Origin: an uncultured Spirochaetota bacterium
GTDB lineage: Bacteria > Spirochaetota > Spirochaetia > SZUA-6 > Fen-1364
NCBI GenBank assembly: GCA_963745235.1
Contig: CAVUXE010000057.1
Location: 1 to 64,000, forward strand
Reading direction: 5' to 3'
DNA: 64,000 nucleotides
Both the position numbers and the translations under genes were made by a program. The notes beneath the pieces are model-generated. The model was not told the origin of the DNA. It saw only the letters and a list, made by a program, of their open reading frames with translations, and did no database searches. How positions within the stretch are numbered: the first letter of the stretch is position 1; each line of letters opens with the position of its first letter. Shown one piece after another: positions 19,042-31,370 of the stretch.

Positions 19042-19855
19042 GAGCCCTTCCTTTGGAATGAGCGCGGGCAAAGGTCCCCACGGGGCCAATGAGCGCCTCG
19101 GGAGTCTCGACCTGTGGAACATGACCGGTGCCCTTGAGAATCATGAACCGCGCGCCGGGGATCGCTTCGGCGTATGCCCTGCCGTAGCCGGTGTCCGCAA
19201 TACGGTCGGCCTCACCCCAGATCACGAGGGTCGGAGCGGTGATGCCTCGCAACCGTGCAAGCAGGCTCGCGTCTCCCATCGTGGCGCCTCCGTAGACCGC
19301 GAGCGCGGCCCGGTTGCCGGCCATTGTCGCCTGGGCCGCCGGCGGGAGCTTCGATGGATCGATGCGGAACTTTTCCGGGTCGAAGTAGCTTCGCTGGGCA
19401 ACCTCAGCAAGAGAGAGGGAGAAGAAGTCCACCACCGGGTGCCCCTCGACAAGGATGCCCATTGCGTCGACCAGGATGAAGCTGCTGATCCTGCTCGAGT
19501 GCAGCAGGGCGATTTCGGAGGCGATCCAGCCGCCGATGGAGTTGCCGATCACGGTGACGTCCACGAGGTCAAGGGCATCCAGGAGGCCGACGTACAGCTC
19601 GGCGAGGCTGGCAACGCTCGCCAGGACCTCGGGCCTGGGCGTGCCGCCAAACCCGGGGTGAGCAGGAGTGATCACGCGCGCGTGCTCCGTGGCGGCAAGA
19701 AGGTCTGCAAAACCGTTGACGGACTGCGGGCCTGCGCCTCCGTGCAGAAGGAGAAAGGGATGACCGTCTCCACGGTCCGTCAGGGTCACCTCAACGGGTC
19801 CGAAGCCAGGGGTTGTGACAGTACGATTGCTGGTGCGGGTCTCGATAGTGCTCAT
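19031..19855 (-). CDS. Alpha/beta hydrolase
   Basis: LLHGG, GNSIGG nucleophile elbow, WGEAD and GHVPQ.E. Confidence 0.93.
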   Translation of the reverse strand: MSTIETRTSNRTVTTPGFGPVEVTLTDRGDGHPFLLLHGGAGPQSVNGFADLLAATEHARVITPAHPGFGGTPRPEVLASVASLAELYVGLLDALDLVDVTVIGNSIGGWIASEIALLHSSRISSFILVDAMGILVEGHPVVDFFSLSLAEVAQRSYFDPEKFRIDPSKLPPAAQATMAGNRAALAVYGGATMGDASLLARLRGITAPTLVIWGEADRIADTGYGRAYAEAIPGARFMILKGTGHVPQVETPEALIGPVGTFARAHSKGRALRP

Positions 19856-19877
19856 ATTGCCTCCCTGGTTGAGAATG

Positions 19878-19970
19878 TTGACAATTGCGGTGTCCTCCTA
19901 TATTGTGAACGTAATGTTCACATGAACTTATCGTTCACATGAACAATACGTTCATATGGAGGATAGTCAA
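19878..19970. promoter_or_regulatory. Face-to-face sigma70 promoters with three tandem palindromic operators
   Basis: Plus: TTGACA 19878-83, 17 bp, TATTGT 19901-06. Minus: TTGACT 19970-65, 16 bp, TATTGT 19948-43. TGAAC-N5-GTTCA at 19906-20, 19923-37 and 19940-54. Confidence 0.8.
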
Positions 19971-19980
19971 GGAAATTTGC

Positions 19981-20587
19981 ATGGAAGGCACCAACGAGAA
20001 ACCGGGGCGAAAGGGCCGCGGTAAAGGTGAGGGATGAAGCCCTTCACGAAGCCATTCTGGAGGCGGCAGCGACCCTCCTCATCAGCGTGGGGTTCAAGCG
20101 CTTCACGATGCAGGGGGTTGCGGCTCGGGCGAAAGCCAGCAAGGTGACCATTTACAAATGGTGGCCGTCGAAGGGAGCCCTGGCCCTGGACGCCTACGTT
20201 CACGCCATCACGGGTCGATTGCCTTCCCCGAGACCGGATCCCCTCGCAAGGACGTGGAACACCAGCTTGCCGCGCTCATCAAGTGGCTGACCACCACTTC
20301 GTCCGGCCGGGCAATCAAGGCAGCTGATCGGTGCCGCTCAGGAAGACCCCGACCTCAAGAGGGAATTGACTCTCCGGTACATCCAGCCGAGACGGGAAAT
20401 CGCTGCCCGAGCTTTTGCAAGGATGCTCGGGTGGGACCCCGTGGAAAAGAAAGATTCACTGTACGTGGTCACTGACCAGGTCTACGGGGCCATTTACAAC
20501 CGGCTCCTCTTCGGTCTTGCCCCGCTGGACGAGACCCTTGCCCGTCAGCTTGTTGACTTCTGGGCTCCCGTCGAGGACCGGGCGTAA
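19981..20587 (+). CDS. TetR/AcrR regulator (three apparent frameshifts)
   Basis: AILEAA..LL...GF..FTM.GVAARA..SK.TIYKWWPSK. The C-terminal pieces IAFPETGS and QVYGAIYNRLLFG lie in neighbouring frames. Confidence 0.85.
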
Positions 20588-23283
20588 GAGTCAAGGACAT
20601 CCCTGATCAGCGCCAGGAGCTCCTCCGCCTTGAATGGCTTGCCGATAATCCCCTGCACTGCCAGCTGGTTCACCTCGGGAGAGTTCTGTGCCGGGGGAAG
20701 TCCGCTCATGATGACCACGGGGACGCCTCCCTGCGAGGCGCGGAGGGCGGCAACAACTGCCGCGCCGCCCATGACCGGCATATCCATGTCCGTGAGGATG
20801 AGCTTGATTGGCCCATTCTGGCTCTGCGCCGCCAACTCCAGAGCAGAGGCCCCGCTGTTGGCGCTGAGCACCCTGTAGTCGTAGCTCTCCAGGATCTGCC
20901 GGGTGATCTGGAGGATGGACACATCGTCGTCGATCACCAGGACCGTCTCCCCAGATCCGAGCGGTATTGCCGGCACAGGTTCGTCCAGGTCCGGCTTCTC
21001 CGTGGCGCTCAGCGCGGGCAGATAGATGTCGAACCTGGTGCCGTGGCCCTGGGCGCTTTCGAAAAGAACAAGCCCTCCATGGCCGCGCACGATGGACTGC
21101 ACCGTGGACAGCCCGAGCCCGGTCCCCTTGCCCTTCTCCTTGGTCGTGAAGAACGGATCGAAGATCCTGTCCTGGACATCGAGAGGAATCCCGGTACCGT
21201 CATCCAGGACGCTCAGCACGACGCAGGGGCCCGACCGGGCGCCGGGGTGCAGGGAAGCCATCTCCGGCGTTATGGAGCCTCTGCGCCCCATGATCGTGAT
21301 GTTCCCCCCGTCCGGCAGCGCGTCACGGGAGTTGACGCACAGGTTGATGAGGACCTGGTGCAGCTGCGTTGCGTCCCCCAGGAGGAGGGGCAGGCTCTTC
21401 GGCACGTCATTGGTGATGACGATGTTCTTCGGAAAGGACTCCGTCAGGATCGACTCGATCTCCCGGGTGACGTGACGGAGCTGCAGGGGAGCCAGCTCAC
21501 CTTCGCTTCCCCGCGCAAAGGAGAGCATCTGTCGCACGATCTCGCTTCCCCTGTGGACGCTCGTTTCCAGGATCTGAAGCATCTGCAGGTCACTGGGCGC
21601 GGTGTATCGCATCCGCAGCATCTCCACGGACATCATCACGGGGGACAGGATGTTGTTGAGGTCATGCGCAATGCCGCTCGCGAGGGTCCCCAGGCTTTCC
21701 ATTCTCTGCGTCCGCCGCAGCTGCTTCTCCATCTCCTTCTGCCGGCTGATGTCCCTGTTGATGACCAGCCGCGCCCGGGGAAAGCCCGCGGCGTCCCGCA
21801 CCAGGCTCCAGCGCGAATGGACGCTGATGATACTGCCGGTTTTCGATCTTTGCCGCAGCTCTCCTTCCCATTCGCCGGCGCTCGTCAGCAGCGCCCGCGC
21901 CTCTTCGAAACGGGGGAGGTCGTCGGGAACGACGAGGTCAGGTGTCGGCGTGTTCGTCAGCTCCTCCAGCGTGTATCCGTACAGCTTCAGCGCTGCCCGG
22001 TTGCAATACAGGAGACGCTCGTCTGTCCCCCGGACCAGGATGGCATCCAGGGCAAAGTCGAGCAGGCGCGCCTGTTCGGCGATCTTTGCCTCGTCATGCC
22101 GCCTCCCCGTGATGTCTGAAACCATCCAGATGGCGCCCGTGGTCCTCCCCGCTGAGTCGCGCAGGGGTGCCGTCGAGATGCTGACGTCGACGGGAGCGCC
22201 GTCGCGCCGAGCACGGCGGCTCTCCACGTTGTGTACCGGGGAGCCCGCAAGCGTCCGCGCAAGGAACCCCTGGAAGTCCCCGACTTTCTCTCCGGGCAGG
22301 AACGGAACAGCTCTTCCCAAGGCTTCTTCCTGCGTCCACCCGAACATCTGCGTCGCCGCGGGGTTCCAGCTCTGCACCTTTCCTTCGGAGTCGATGCTGA
22401 TGATGGCGATGGGGGAGGAATCTATGATGGCGCGCATGGTCCGCATGCTGGCGGCCAGCAGCTCCTTCTCCCGGGATATCTGCGCTCGAAAATGGGCGTT
22501 TTCCAGCACCGTCGGAAGGCGTCGCAGGTAGCTTGCGTCCTTGATCACGTAATCAGAGGCGCCAAGACGCATCGCCTGGACTGCAATCTCATCGTCACCC
22601 TGCCCGGCGGCAACGACCACCGGGATGCCGGGCCCCCCTTGCTCGCGGAAGGCCTTCAGGAAGTCTATGGCGTTGGTCCCTTCGAGACGGTCGTCCAGGA
22701 GAAGAACGTCGCAGCAGGGTTGCTCGCTCGCCGGGTCCTTGCGGGTCAGCCTCCATATGACTTCCAGCGCGCTGCGCGCTGCCCGCACGTGGATGTGAGG
22801 CGCGAACCGGGAGAAATGCCGCAGCATTTGCTGGAAATCTCCGCTGCTCGTGGTGGCATAAAGGACCGCGAGCGGGCTCGCGCGTCTCACCTCCTCAACG
22901 GACTGCCGGGAAATAGCGTCACGCATCATGGCCGGCAGGCGCTGGAGGTAGTCTCCGCGCTTGACCATGAAATCGTTCGCGCCGCTTTGCAGCGCCGCCA
23001 CTGCGGCCTCTTCGCCGCCGGAGCTTGTCAGGACGACAACGGCCATTGGCAGCATGCGGTCCCGGACGAAGGGGACCAGGGAAAGGCCGCTGCCGTCAGG
23101 AAGCCCCACGTCGGCCAGGAGGATGTCGTAGGGGGAGTAGTCCGGACCGGCGGACTCGAGCATGGTGCGGGCGTCCGCAACGGAGCCCGCGGTTTCTATC
23201 CTCACCTCCGGCTCCGCGGCCCGGAGGGCCTCTGAAAAAAGGTCGATGGCGCGAGGATCATCCTCGACGTACATCACTCGCAT
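20545..23283 (-). CDS. Hybrid histidine kinase REC-REC-PAS-PAS-HisKA-HATPase-REC
   Basis: Two N-terminal receivers, two PAS domains, AHDLNN, NLCVNSRDA, DDGTG, FFTTK, GTGLGL and a C-terminal receiver. Confidence 0.93.
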   Translation of the reverse strand: MRVMYVEDDPRAIDLFSEALRAAEPEVRIETAGSVADARTMLESAGPDYSPYDILLADVGLPDGSGLSLVPFVRDRMLPMAVVVLTSSGGEEAAVAALQSGANDFMVKRGDYLQRLPAMMRDAISRQSVEEVRRASPLAVLYATTSSGDFQQMLRHFSRFAPHIHVRAARSALEVIWRLTRKDPASEQPCCDVLLLDDRLEGTNAIDFLKAFREQGGPGIPVVVAAGQGDDEIAVQAMRLGASDYVIKDASYLRRLPTVLENAHFRAQISREKELLAASMRTMRAIIDSSPIAIISIDSEGKVQSWNPAATQMFGWTQEEALGRAVPFLPGEKVGDFQGFLARTLAGSPVHNVESRRARRDGAPVDVSISTAPLRDSAGRTTGAIWMVSDITGRRHDEAKIAEQARLLDFALDAILVRGTDERLLYCNRAALKLYGYTLEELTNTPTPDLVVPDDLPRFEEARALLTSAGEWEGELRQRSKTGSIISVHSRWSLVRDAAGFPRARLVINRDISRQKEMEKQLRRTQRMESLGTLASGIAHDLNNILSPVMMSVEMLRMRYTAPSDLQMLQILETSVHRGSEIVRQMLSFARGSEGELAPLQLRHVTREIESILTESFPKNIVITNDVPKSLPLLLGDATQLHQVLINLCVNSRDALPDGGNITIMGRRGSITPEMASLHPGARSGPCVVLSVLDDGTGIPLDVQDRIFDPFFTTKEKGKGTGLGLSTVQSIVRGHGGLVLFESAQGHGTRFDIYLPALSATEKPDLDEPVPAIPLGSGETVLVIDDDVSILQITRQILESYDYRVLSANSGASALELAAQSQNGPIKLILTDMDMPVMGGAAVVAALRASQGGVPVVIMSGLPPAQNSPEVNQLAVQGIIGKPFKAEELLALIRDVLDSYARSSTGAQKSTS

Positions 23284-23309
23284 GGGTCACCTCGGTGCAG
23301 CCGTCCATC

Positions 23310-26300
23310 TCATGGTTCCCTCTCAGTTGATGCTGCCGGCAGCCAGACGCGAAACGTTGCTCCGTTTTCGGGCGCGCTTTCCACCTCTATCCAGCCGCCG
23401 ATCTCCGCCACGGTGCTCTGGCAAACTGCAAGGCTCAGTCCGACGCCCTTCGTCTTTACCTGGCTGGAGCCCGGCTCCGCCCATTCTCCCTTGGTCGTAA
23501 AGAACGGCGTGAACACCCTTGGAAGATTCTCGGGGGAGATGCCCAGGCCGTTGTCCGACACTTCGAGGCAGCAGAACTCCGCTTCGCTTCGCGTGCAGAC
23601 GGTTATGCACGGTGAGGGGCGCGCGATGAGAGCCTGCATGGCGTTTGTGATCAGGCTCGTGACGATGAATGCCAGCATGGGCTGATTGACGCGAACCCGC
23701 GGGGTCGGCGGGAACGCCGTCGTCAGAGAGATCCCCTCGTTTTCCAGCTGCTCCTCGAAGAGGCCGAGGATTGCGGGAACGGCCTCTTCGAGGCGAAGCG
23801 TCTCCTGTGATGTCTGGGAAGCGCTGGTCAACGCCTGGAGCCGGTCCGTGATGTCCACGGCCCGCTGCACAGCCTTCAGGGCCTCCCCGATGTAGGTGCG
23901 CGCCCCGGCCGGTAGGCCGGCATCCAGGGAGAGCAACGTCCAGGTACCCTTTGACCGCGGCGTTGATGTTGTTGAACTGGTGCGCAATCCCCGCCGCCAG
24001 CGTCCCCAGGCTTTCCAGCCTCTGCGCCCTGATGATCTGCGCCTGCAGGGCCCTCTGGCTCGTGACATCGCGGGCGATGCACGTGATGCCCACGATCTGC
24101 CCGCCTGCGTCCGTCACAAATGAGATGGATGTGGACACGTTCACCGTCTTGCCATCCTTGCGCGTGACCGTGCTCTCCAGGCCCACCACGTGCCCTTCGC
24201 TCCGCAGCTTCTCCCTCAGCGCTGGCTCCTGGTTCACTATCTCCAGTGAAAGAAGCGGGTTGATGGATCTGCCGATTATTTCCTCAGCCGCGTATCCGAA
24301 GATCTTCTCCGCCCCTTTGTTCCAGCTGGTCACAATGTCGTCAAGATCGATTCCGATGATGGCGTCGTTCGAAGACTCCACCATCGCGGCAAGACGGAGA
24401 TTCTTCTCCTCCATCTGGCGGCGCTCCGTCATGTCCCGGGAAATGCCGAATGTCCCGACGATCTCTCCCTTGTCGTCCAGCAGCGGCATCTTGGTGGAGG
24501 AAACCCACGTCAAGGGCCGGTCCGTCCAGATTTCCTGCTCCACGGCGTTGACGAGTGGTTGCCCGGTGCGAATGATCTGCTGTTCGTCGTTGTATGCTTT
24601 CTGGGCGTGCTGCGGGGCAAAAAAATCGAAGTCCGTCTTGCCAAGCACATCGGCAGGGCTCTTTGCCCCCAACTCCCGCACATGGGCCTTGTTGTTGAGA
24701 ATGAACCTGCTTTCCCTGTCCTTGAAATAGATATAGTCGGGGACGTTGTCCATCAGGGCTGTCAGGAACGCCCTCTCCCGGGCAAGCGCAGCCTCTGCCT
24801 TGACGCGCTCGGTCACGTCCTCCACGAACCCTTCGAGGAGCGGGGTGGAAGAACCGATGGGGACGTATGCCCTCAGCATCAGTTGGGCGATGACCGTGCT
24901 TCCGTTCCTGTGGCGATAGCGGTTCTCAACCCTCCGCCATTGGCGGTCTTTCAGGACGAGCGTCAATGATGGCTGGGCGTTGCCCGGGGTCCTCGTACAA
25001 GACCTCGGCCACGTTTTTCCTGTTGACCGCGTCGATGAGCTGCACGGGGAAGTCGTATCCCACCATTCTCGCGAACGCGGGGTTGACGCTTATCAGCTTT
25101 CCCTCCAGGGTGGATTGAAATATGCCGATGGGCGCTTCCATGAAGATGGTGCGATAGCGCTCCTCGCTTTGCCGCTGCGCCTCCTGCGCTTTCTTGAGGG
25201 CCGATATGTCCTTGGTGATTCCGACAACGCCCGCGACAATCCCATCCGCATCGAAGATGGGCACTTTCGTGGTCAGGATCCAGTGCGTTGTGCCGCCAAC
25301 CAGCTTTGGCTCTTCCTTGTTGATCAATCTCCTTCCCTGTCCAATGATGAGGCGTTCGTCGGCCGCGAACTCCGCCGCCATTTCCGCGGGGTAAAAGTCC
25401 CGGTCCGTCCTGCCGATGAGGTCCTCCGGCTTCGTGGCCTGCATGATGTCCGCCACGGGTTTGTTGACCAGGATGAAACGACCGCGCGTGTCCTTCAGGA
25501 AGATACCGTCAGGAAGAGTGTTGACGACGGTCCGCAGGAGGGACCTTTCCTCATCGATCCTCCGTTCCAGCTTCTTGCGCTCGGTGATGTCGCGGACAAT
25601 CCCGAGAATGCCCGTTGCGGCCCCGGACGCGTCGCTGAACGGCAATTTCGTCGTAAGCGCCCATGCGTGAACGCCAGCCGCCGAAATGATCTCCTCCTCT
25701 ATGTCCGTCTCACCTGTGGCGCTTTTCAGGATCTGCCTGTCGTATTCGGAATAGAGGTCCGCAACCTCTTTCGGGAAGAAGTCATGATCTGTCTTGCCGA
25801 TCATCTGTTCAGGAGACGACATGCCCGCCCATGTCGCGAGCTGCCGGTTGGCAAGCACGAACCTCCCCTCGCGGTCCTTGATGAATATCTGGTCGGGGAC
25901 GCTGTCGATGACCGCGCGGACAACGGAGCGTTCCTCCCTGAGCCTGCTCTCCAGGCGCTTGTAGTCGGTAAAGTCGACAACGTTCACGAGCATGTACGGG
26001 TACGCATCTGTTTCCGAAGGGATGAAGGTCCTGACGAGAAGGTCGAGCCTCTTGCCGGTCAAAGTCCGCGCGCTGGTCTCTGCTTCGAATCGTTCGCGAC
26101 CCTCCGCCATTGCGGCAAAGAGATCAATGAAGTCTCCCATGGCCCCCGGATCAAGCGTGGTGTCCAGGGGACCCAGGAGGTCGGCCCTGCTCCCGGCCTC
26201 GTACAGCCTGAGGGTGGCCTCGTTGACGTCAACCACGCGGACCGCTCGAACCCCTTTTCGGACCAGGGCGGGATGGGCGCGCAGGTATGCCCGGAGGTCC

Positions 26301-26440
26301 GGGATCCTGCGTGAGGTCCACTGCTTGATGAGCTCCCGCAGGCCGGAAATGTCCTCTTCCCAGAGAGACACCGAGGAATGCTCGAAGATGCTGCGGTACC
26401 TGTCTGCCGCGGCCCGCGATGTGGCGGTTCTCTTTTTCAT
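23310..26440 (-). CDS. Soluble multi-PAS histidine kinase (two frameshifts, near 24965 and 23935)
   Basis: Three contiguous ORFs give a run of PAS/PAC repeats (DITERK, GKTD.DF), then AHQFNN, NAMQA, DNGLG, FFTTKG and G.GLSL. Confidence 0.88.
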
Positions 26441-26460
26441 GCGGCACGTCCCTCAGTGCG

Positions 26461-27735
26461 TCAGATGACCGTCCCGGGGCTCAGGACCGTGCCCTTGGGG
26501 ATGATGATGATCCCGTCCCGGATCGAGTATCTCTCGAAGTCGCCGTCCCGCCGCTGGATCGGGTCGATCCCGATGCGGCAGTTGTCTCCGATGCGCGCGT
26601 TCTTGTCGATGATGGCCTTCTTGATGATGCACCCCTGGCCGATCCCGATGTTCGGCTCTCCCCGGTTGGCCTCGCGGTCTTCCGCGGTTTCGTAGTAGTC
26701 GGCCCCCATGCAGACCACCCCGTCGAGGTTCGCGCCGCTCTCGATGATTGTGCGGATCCCGACGATGGAGTTCGCGATATTCGCGTTGGTGATGATGCTC
26801 CCTTCCGCGGCAAGTGACTGCGAGATGGTGCTGTAGTTGATCTTGGACGGCGGCAGGTCGCGGCGGTGCGTGAAGATGGGAGCATTTTCTTCGTAGAGGT
26901 TGAATGCCGGGTTGATCGAAGCGAGGTTGATGTTGGCCTCGTAGAAGCTCTTGATGGTCCCGATGTCCTCCCAGTATCCGTCGAAGACGTACGTGAAGAC
27001 TTTCACCTTGTCGATGAGCGCGGGGATGATTTCCGAGCCGAAGTCCGTCAGGGCATTGTCCAGCGCCTTCTTGAGAACGCCAGCCGTAAAGACATAGATT
27101 CCCATGGATGCCAGGAACAGGTCCCCGTCCGCGTCCAGCTCCTGCTGGGCCCTGATCTGCGGGGGAATGGCCAGGGCGGATATGTCCTGGCTGCGGGGCG
27201 GTTTCTCGATGAACTTCGTGATCCGGTAGCCTGCGTCCGCCTGGAGGATGCCCAGGCCGGTGGCCTTGTCGCGCGTGACGGGCATGGAGGCCACCGTCAC
27301 CTCGGCGCCGGATTCCACGTGCGTCCGATACATGTCCGTCAGGTCCATCCGGTAGAGCTGGTCTCCGGAGAGGATGAGGTAGTGGGTGGGGGAATGGTCC
27401 TCGAAATGCAGGAGGTTCTTGCGCACCGCGTCCGCCGTGCCCTGGTACCAGTCGCTGGATTCGAGGGTCTGTTCCGCGGCAAGCAGCTCCACAAACCCCG
27501 GTGTGAAGGTGTCGAAGCGGTAGGTGTTGTTGATGTGCTTGTGAAGCGAAGCGGAATTGAACTGCGTGAGGACGTAGATCTTGCGCATCCCCCCGTGCAT
27601 GCAGTTGGAAATGGGGATGTCGACAATGCGGAACTTGCCTCCGAAGGGAACAGCCGGCTTCGCTCGATTGGCCGTGAGCGGATAGAGCCTCTGTCCTTTC
27701 CCGCCGCCGAGGATGATTGAAATGATCTTTTCCAC
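26461..27735 (-). CDS. glgC: Glucose-1-phosphate adenylyltransferase
   Basis: ILGGG.G.RL.PLT..RAKPAVPFGG, WYQGTADAVR, ASMGIY and YWEDIGT. Probable GTG start at 27735. Confidence 0.97.
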   Translation of the reverse strand: MEKIISIILGGGKGQRLYPLTANRAKPAVPFGGKFRIVDIPISNCMHGGMRKIYVLTQFNSASLHKHINNTYRFDTFTPGFVELLAAEQTLESSDWYQGTADAVRKNLLHFEDHSPTHYLILSGDQLYRMDLTDMYRTHVESGAEVTVASMPVTRDKATGLGILQADAGYRITKFIEKPPRSQDISALAIPPQIRAQQELDADGDLFLASMGIYVFTAGVLKKALDNALTDFGSEIIPALIDKVKVFTYVFDGYWEDIGTIKSFYEANINLASINPAFNLYEENAPIFTHRRDLPPSKINYSTISQSLAAEGSIITNANIANSIVGIRTIIESGANLDGVVCMGADYYETAEDREANRGEPNIGIGQGCIIKKAIIDKNARIGDNCRIGIDPIQRRDGDFERYSIRDGIIIIPKGTVLSPGTVI

Positions 27736-27894
27736 CTTGCTGCCCCCCGGACAGAAAAGTCTACGACGCCCCCTTCCACCGGTCAAGGCAGAACAGCGTC
27801 GACATCAAGACAGCGGGCGCCTTTTCCGCGTGCCCGCCGGCATGGTACTATTGCCCGGGGAGGCGGTCCTCTGGTCCGCACAGGGAGGGGGCGA

Positions 27895-30188
<2,294 letters not shown>

Positions 30189-30189
<1 letters not shown>

Positions 30190-31370
30190 TGTCCGACGAG
30201 GCGCCGCGAACACGGAGGGGGATCGACTTCCTGAGACGGGGCGGGCAAGGCGTTCCCGGGCCAGCGCTTCGCTGGACGGATGCTTCCGCTCCTGCATCGT
30301 CCCAGGATCCCCGGTTCCCTGGCTGGGTCAGGGAGGGAGAGTTTCTCTATCGACGCAGGCTCGCTTTTGCCCGGGCGCGCCGTGGAGATCTGGGATCCGG
30401 CCTTTTCCCCCGAGGCGGGGTCCGTGGACAAGCTTGTCTTCTATGATACGGAGACAACGGGTCTTTCCGGCGGGGCGGGAAGCTTGATCTTCCTGTTCGG
30501 CGCCGCATGGTGCGAAGGGCATGACCTGAGGTTCGAGCAGCTTTTCCTGGCCGACTTCCCGGGGAACCGGAGTTCCTGCAGGCCATCGAGGGCCTGCTGC
30601 GGCCGTTTGCGGCCTGGGTCTCGTACAATGGGAAGACCTTCGACAGCCACCTGATCCGGACCAGGTTCCTGATGAACGGGATGACCATGGAGCCGGGCCC
30701 GCAGGTGGACCTGCTCCATCACGCCAGACGGCTGTGGCGCTCCATCACGCGGGATTGCAGCCTGAAAGCCATCGAGAGAGACATCCTGGGAGTCACGCGG
30801 GAAATGGACGTGGCCGGAGAGGACATTCCCCTGGTCTGGCTGGAGTTCCTGCGGACCGGCTCACCGGGGATCCTGCCGGTCGTTTTCCAGCACAACATGA
30901 CGGACATCACCTCCGTCGCGCGCCTCTACGGCGTCATCGGGAGCCTGCTCCGCGGCGACGTGGAGGAAACGCCGGTGGATGAGACCGCCCTCGGGGGCTG
31001 GCTCCTGGCGCGCTCACCGGCAAGCGGTGCCGCCCTCCTTGGGGAGGCCTTCCAGAAAGGAAGCCTCCAGGCCGGCGTTGCGCTCAGCCTTCACCACAAG
31101 AGGCTCGGGGAATGGGACACGGCTGTCGGAATCTGGCAGGAGCTCCTCCAGAGATCGAAGAGCCTGTTCGCCGCGGTGGAGCTGGCGAAGCACCTGGAGC
31201 ACAGGGTGCGCGATCTCAGGCGGGCGCTGGAAATCGTGGAGATGGTCAGCTCGTGGCAGCTGCCCTTGAGCGCCGGTGATCGCCAGGAAATCAGGAGACG
31301 CAGGGACCGCCTGGTGAGAAAGCTGTCGATGAGGACGGAGCGCTACCCGAGAACCGCTTCGACTGAATGA
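30189..31370 (+). CDS. mrfB: MrfB/YprB-like RNase H-fold exonuclease with TPR-like tail (frameshifted)
   Basis: FYDTETTGLSGGAG, SYNGKTFD, DLLHHARRLW...CSL..IE, HNMTDI and VELAKHLEHR. Overlaps the mrfA stop (TGATG). Confidence 0.85.

Noticed and set aside
19906-19954. Mini-CRISPR-like repeat-spacer pattern
   Set aside because: The period is 17 bp with 5-bp variable parts, there are no cas genes, and it overlaps promoters, so an operator array fits better.
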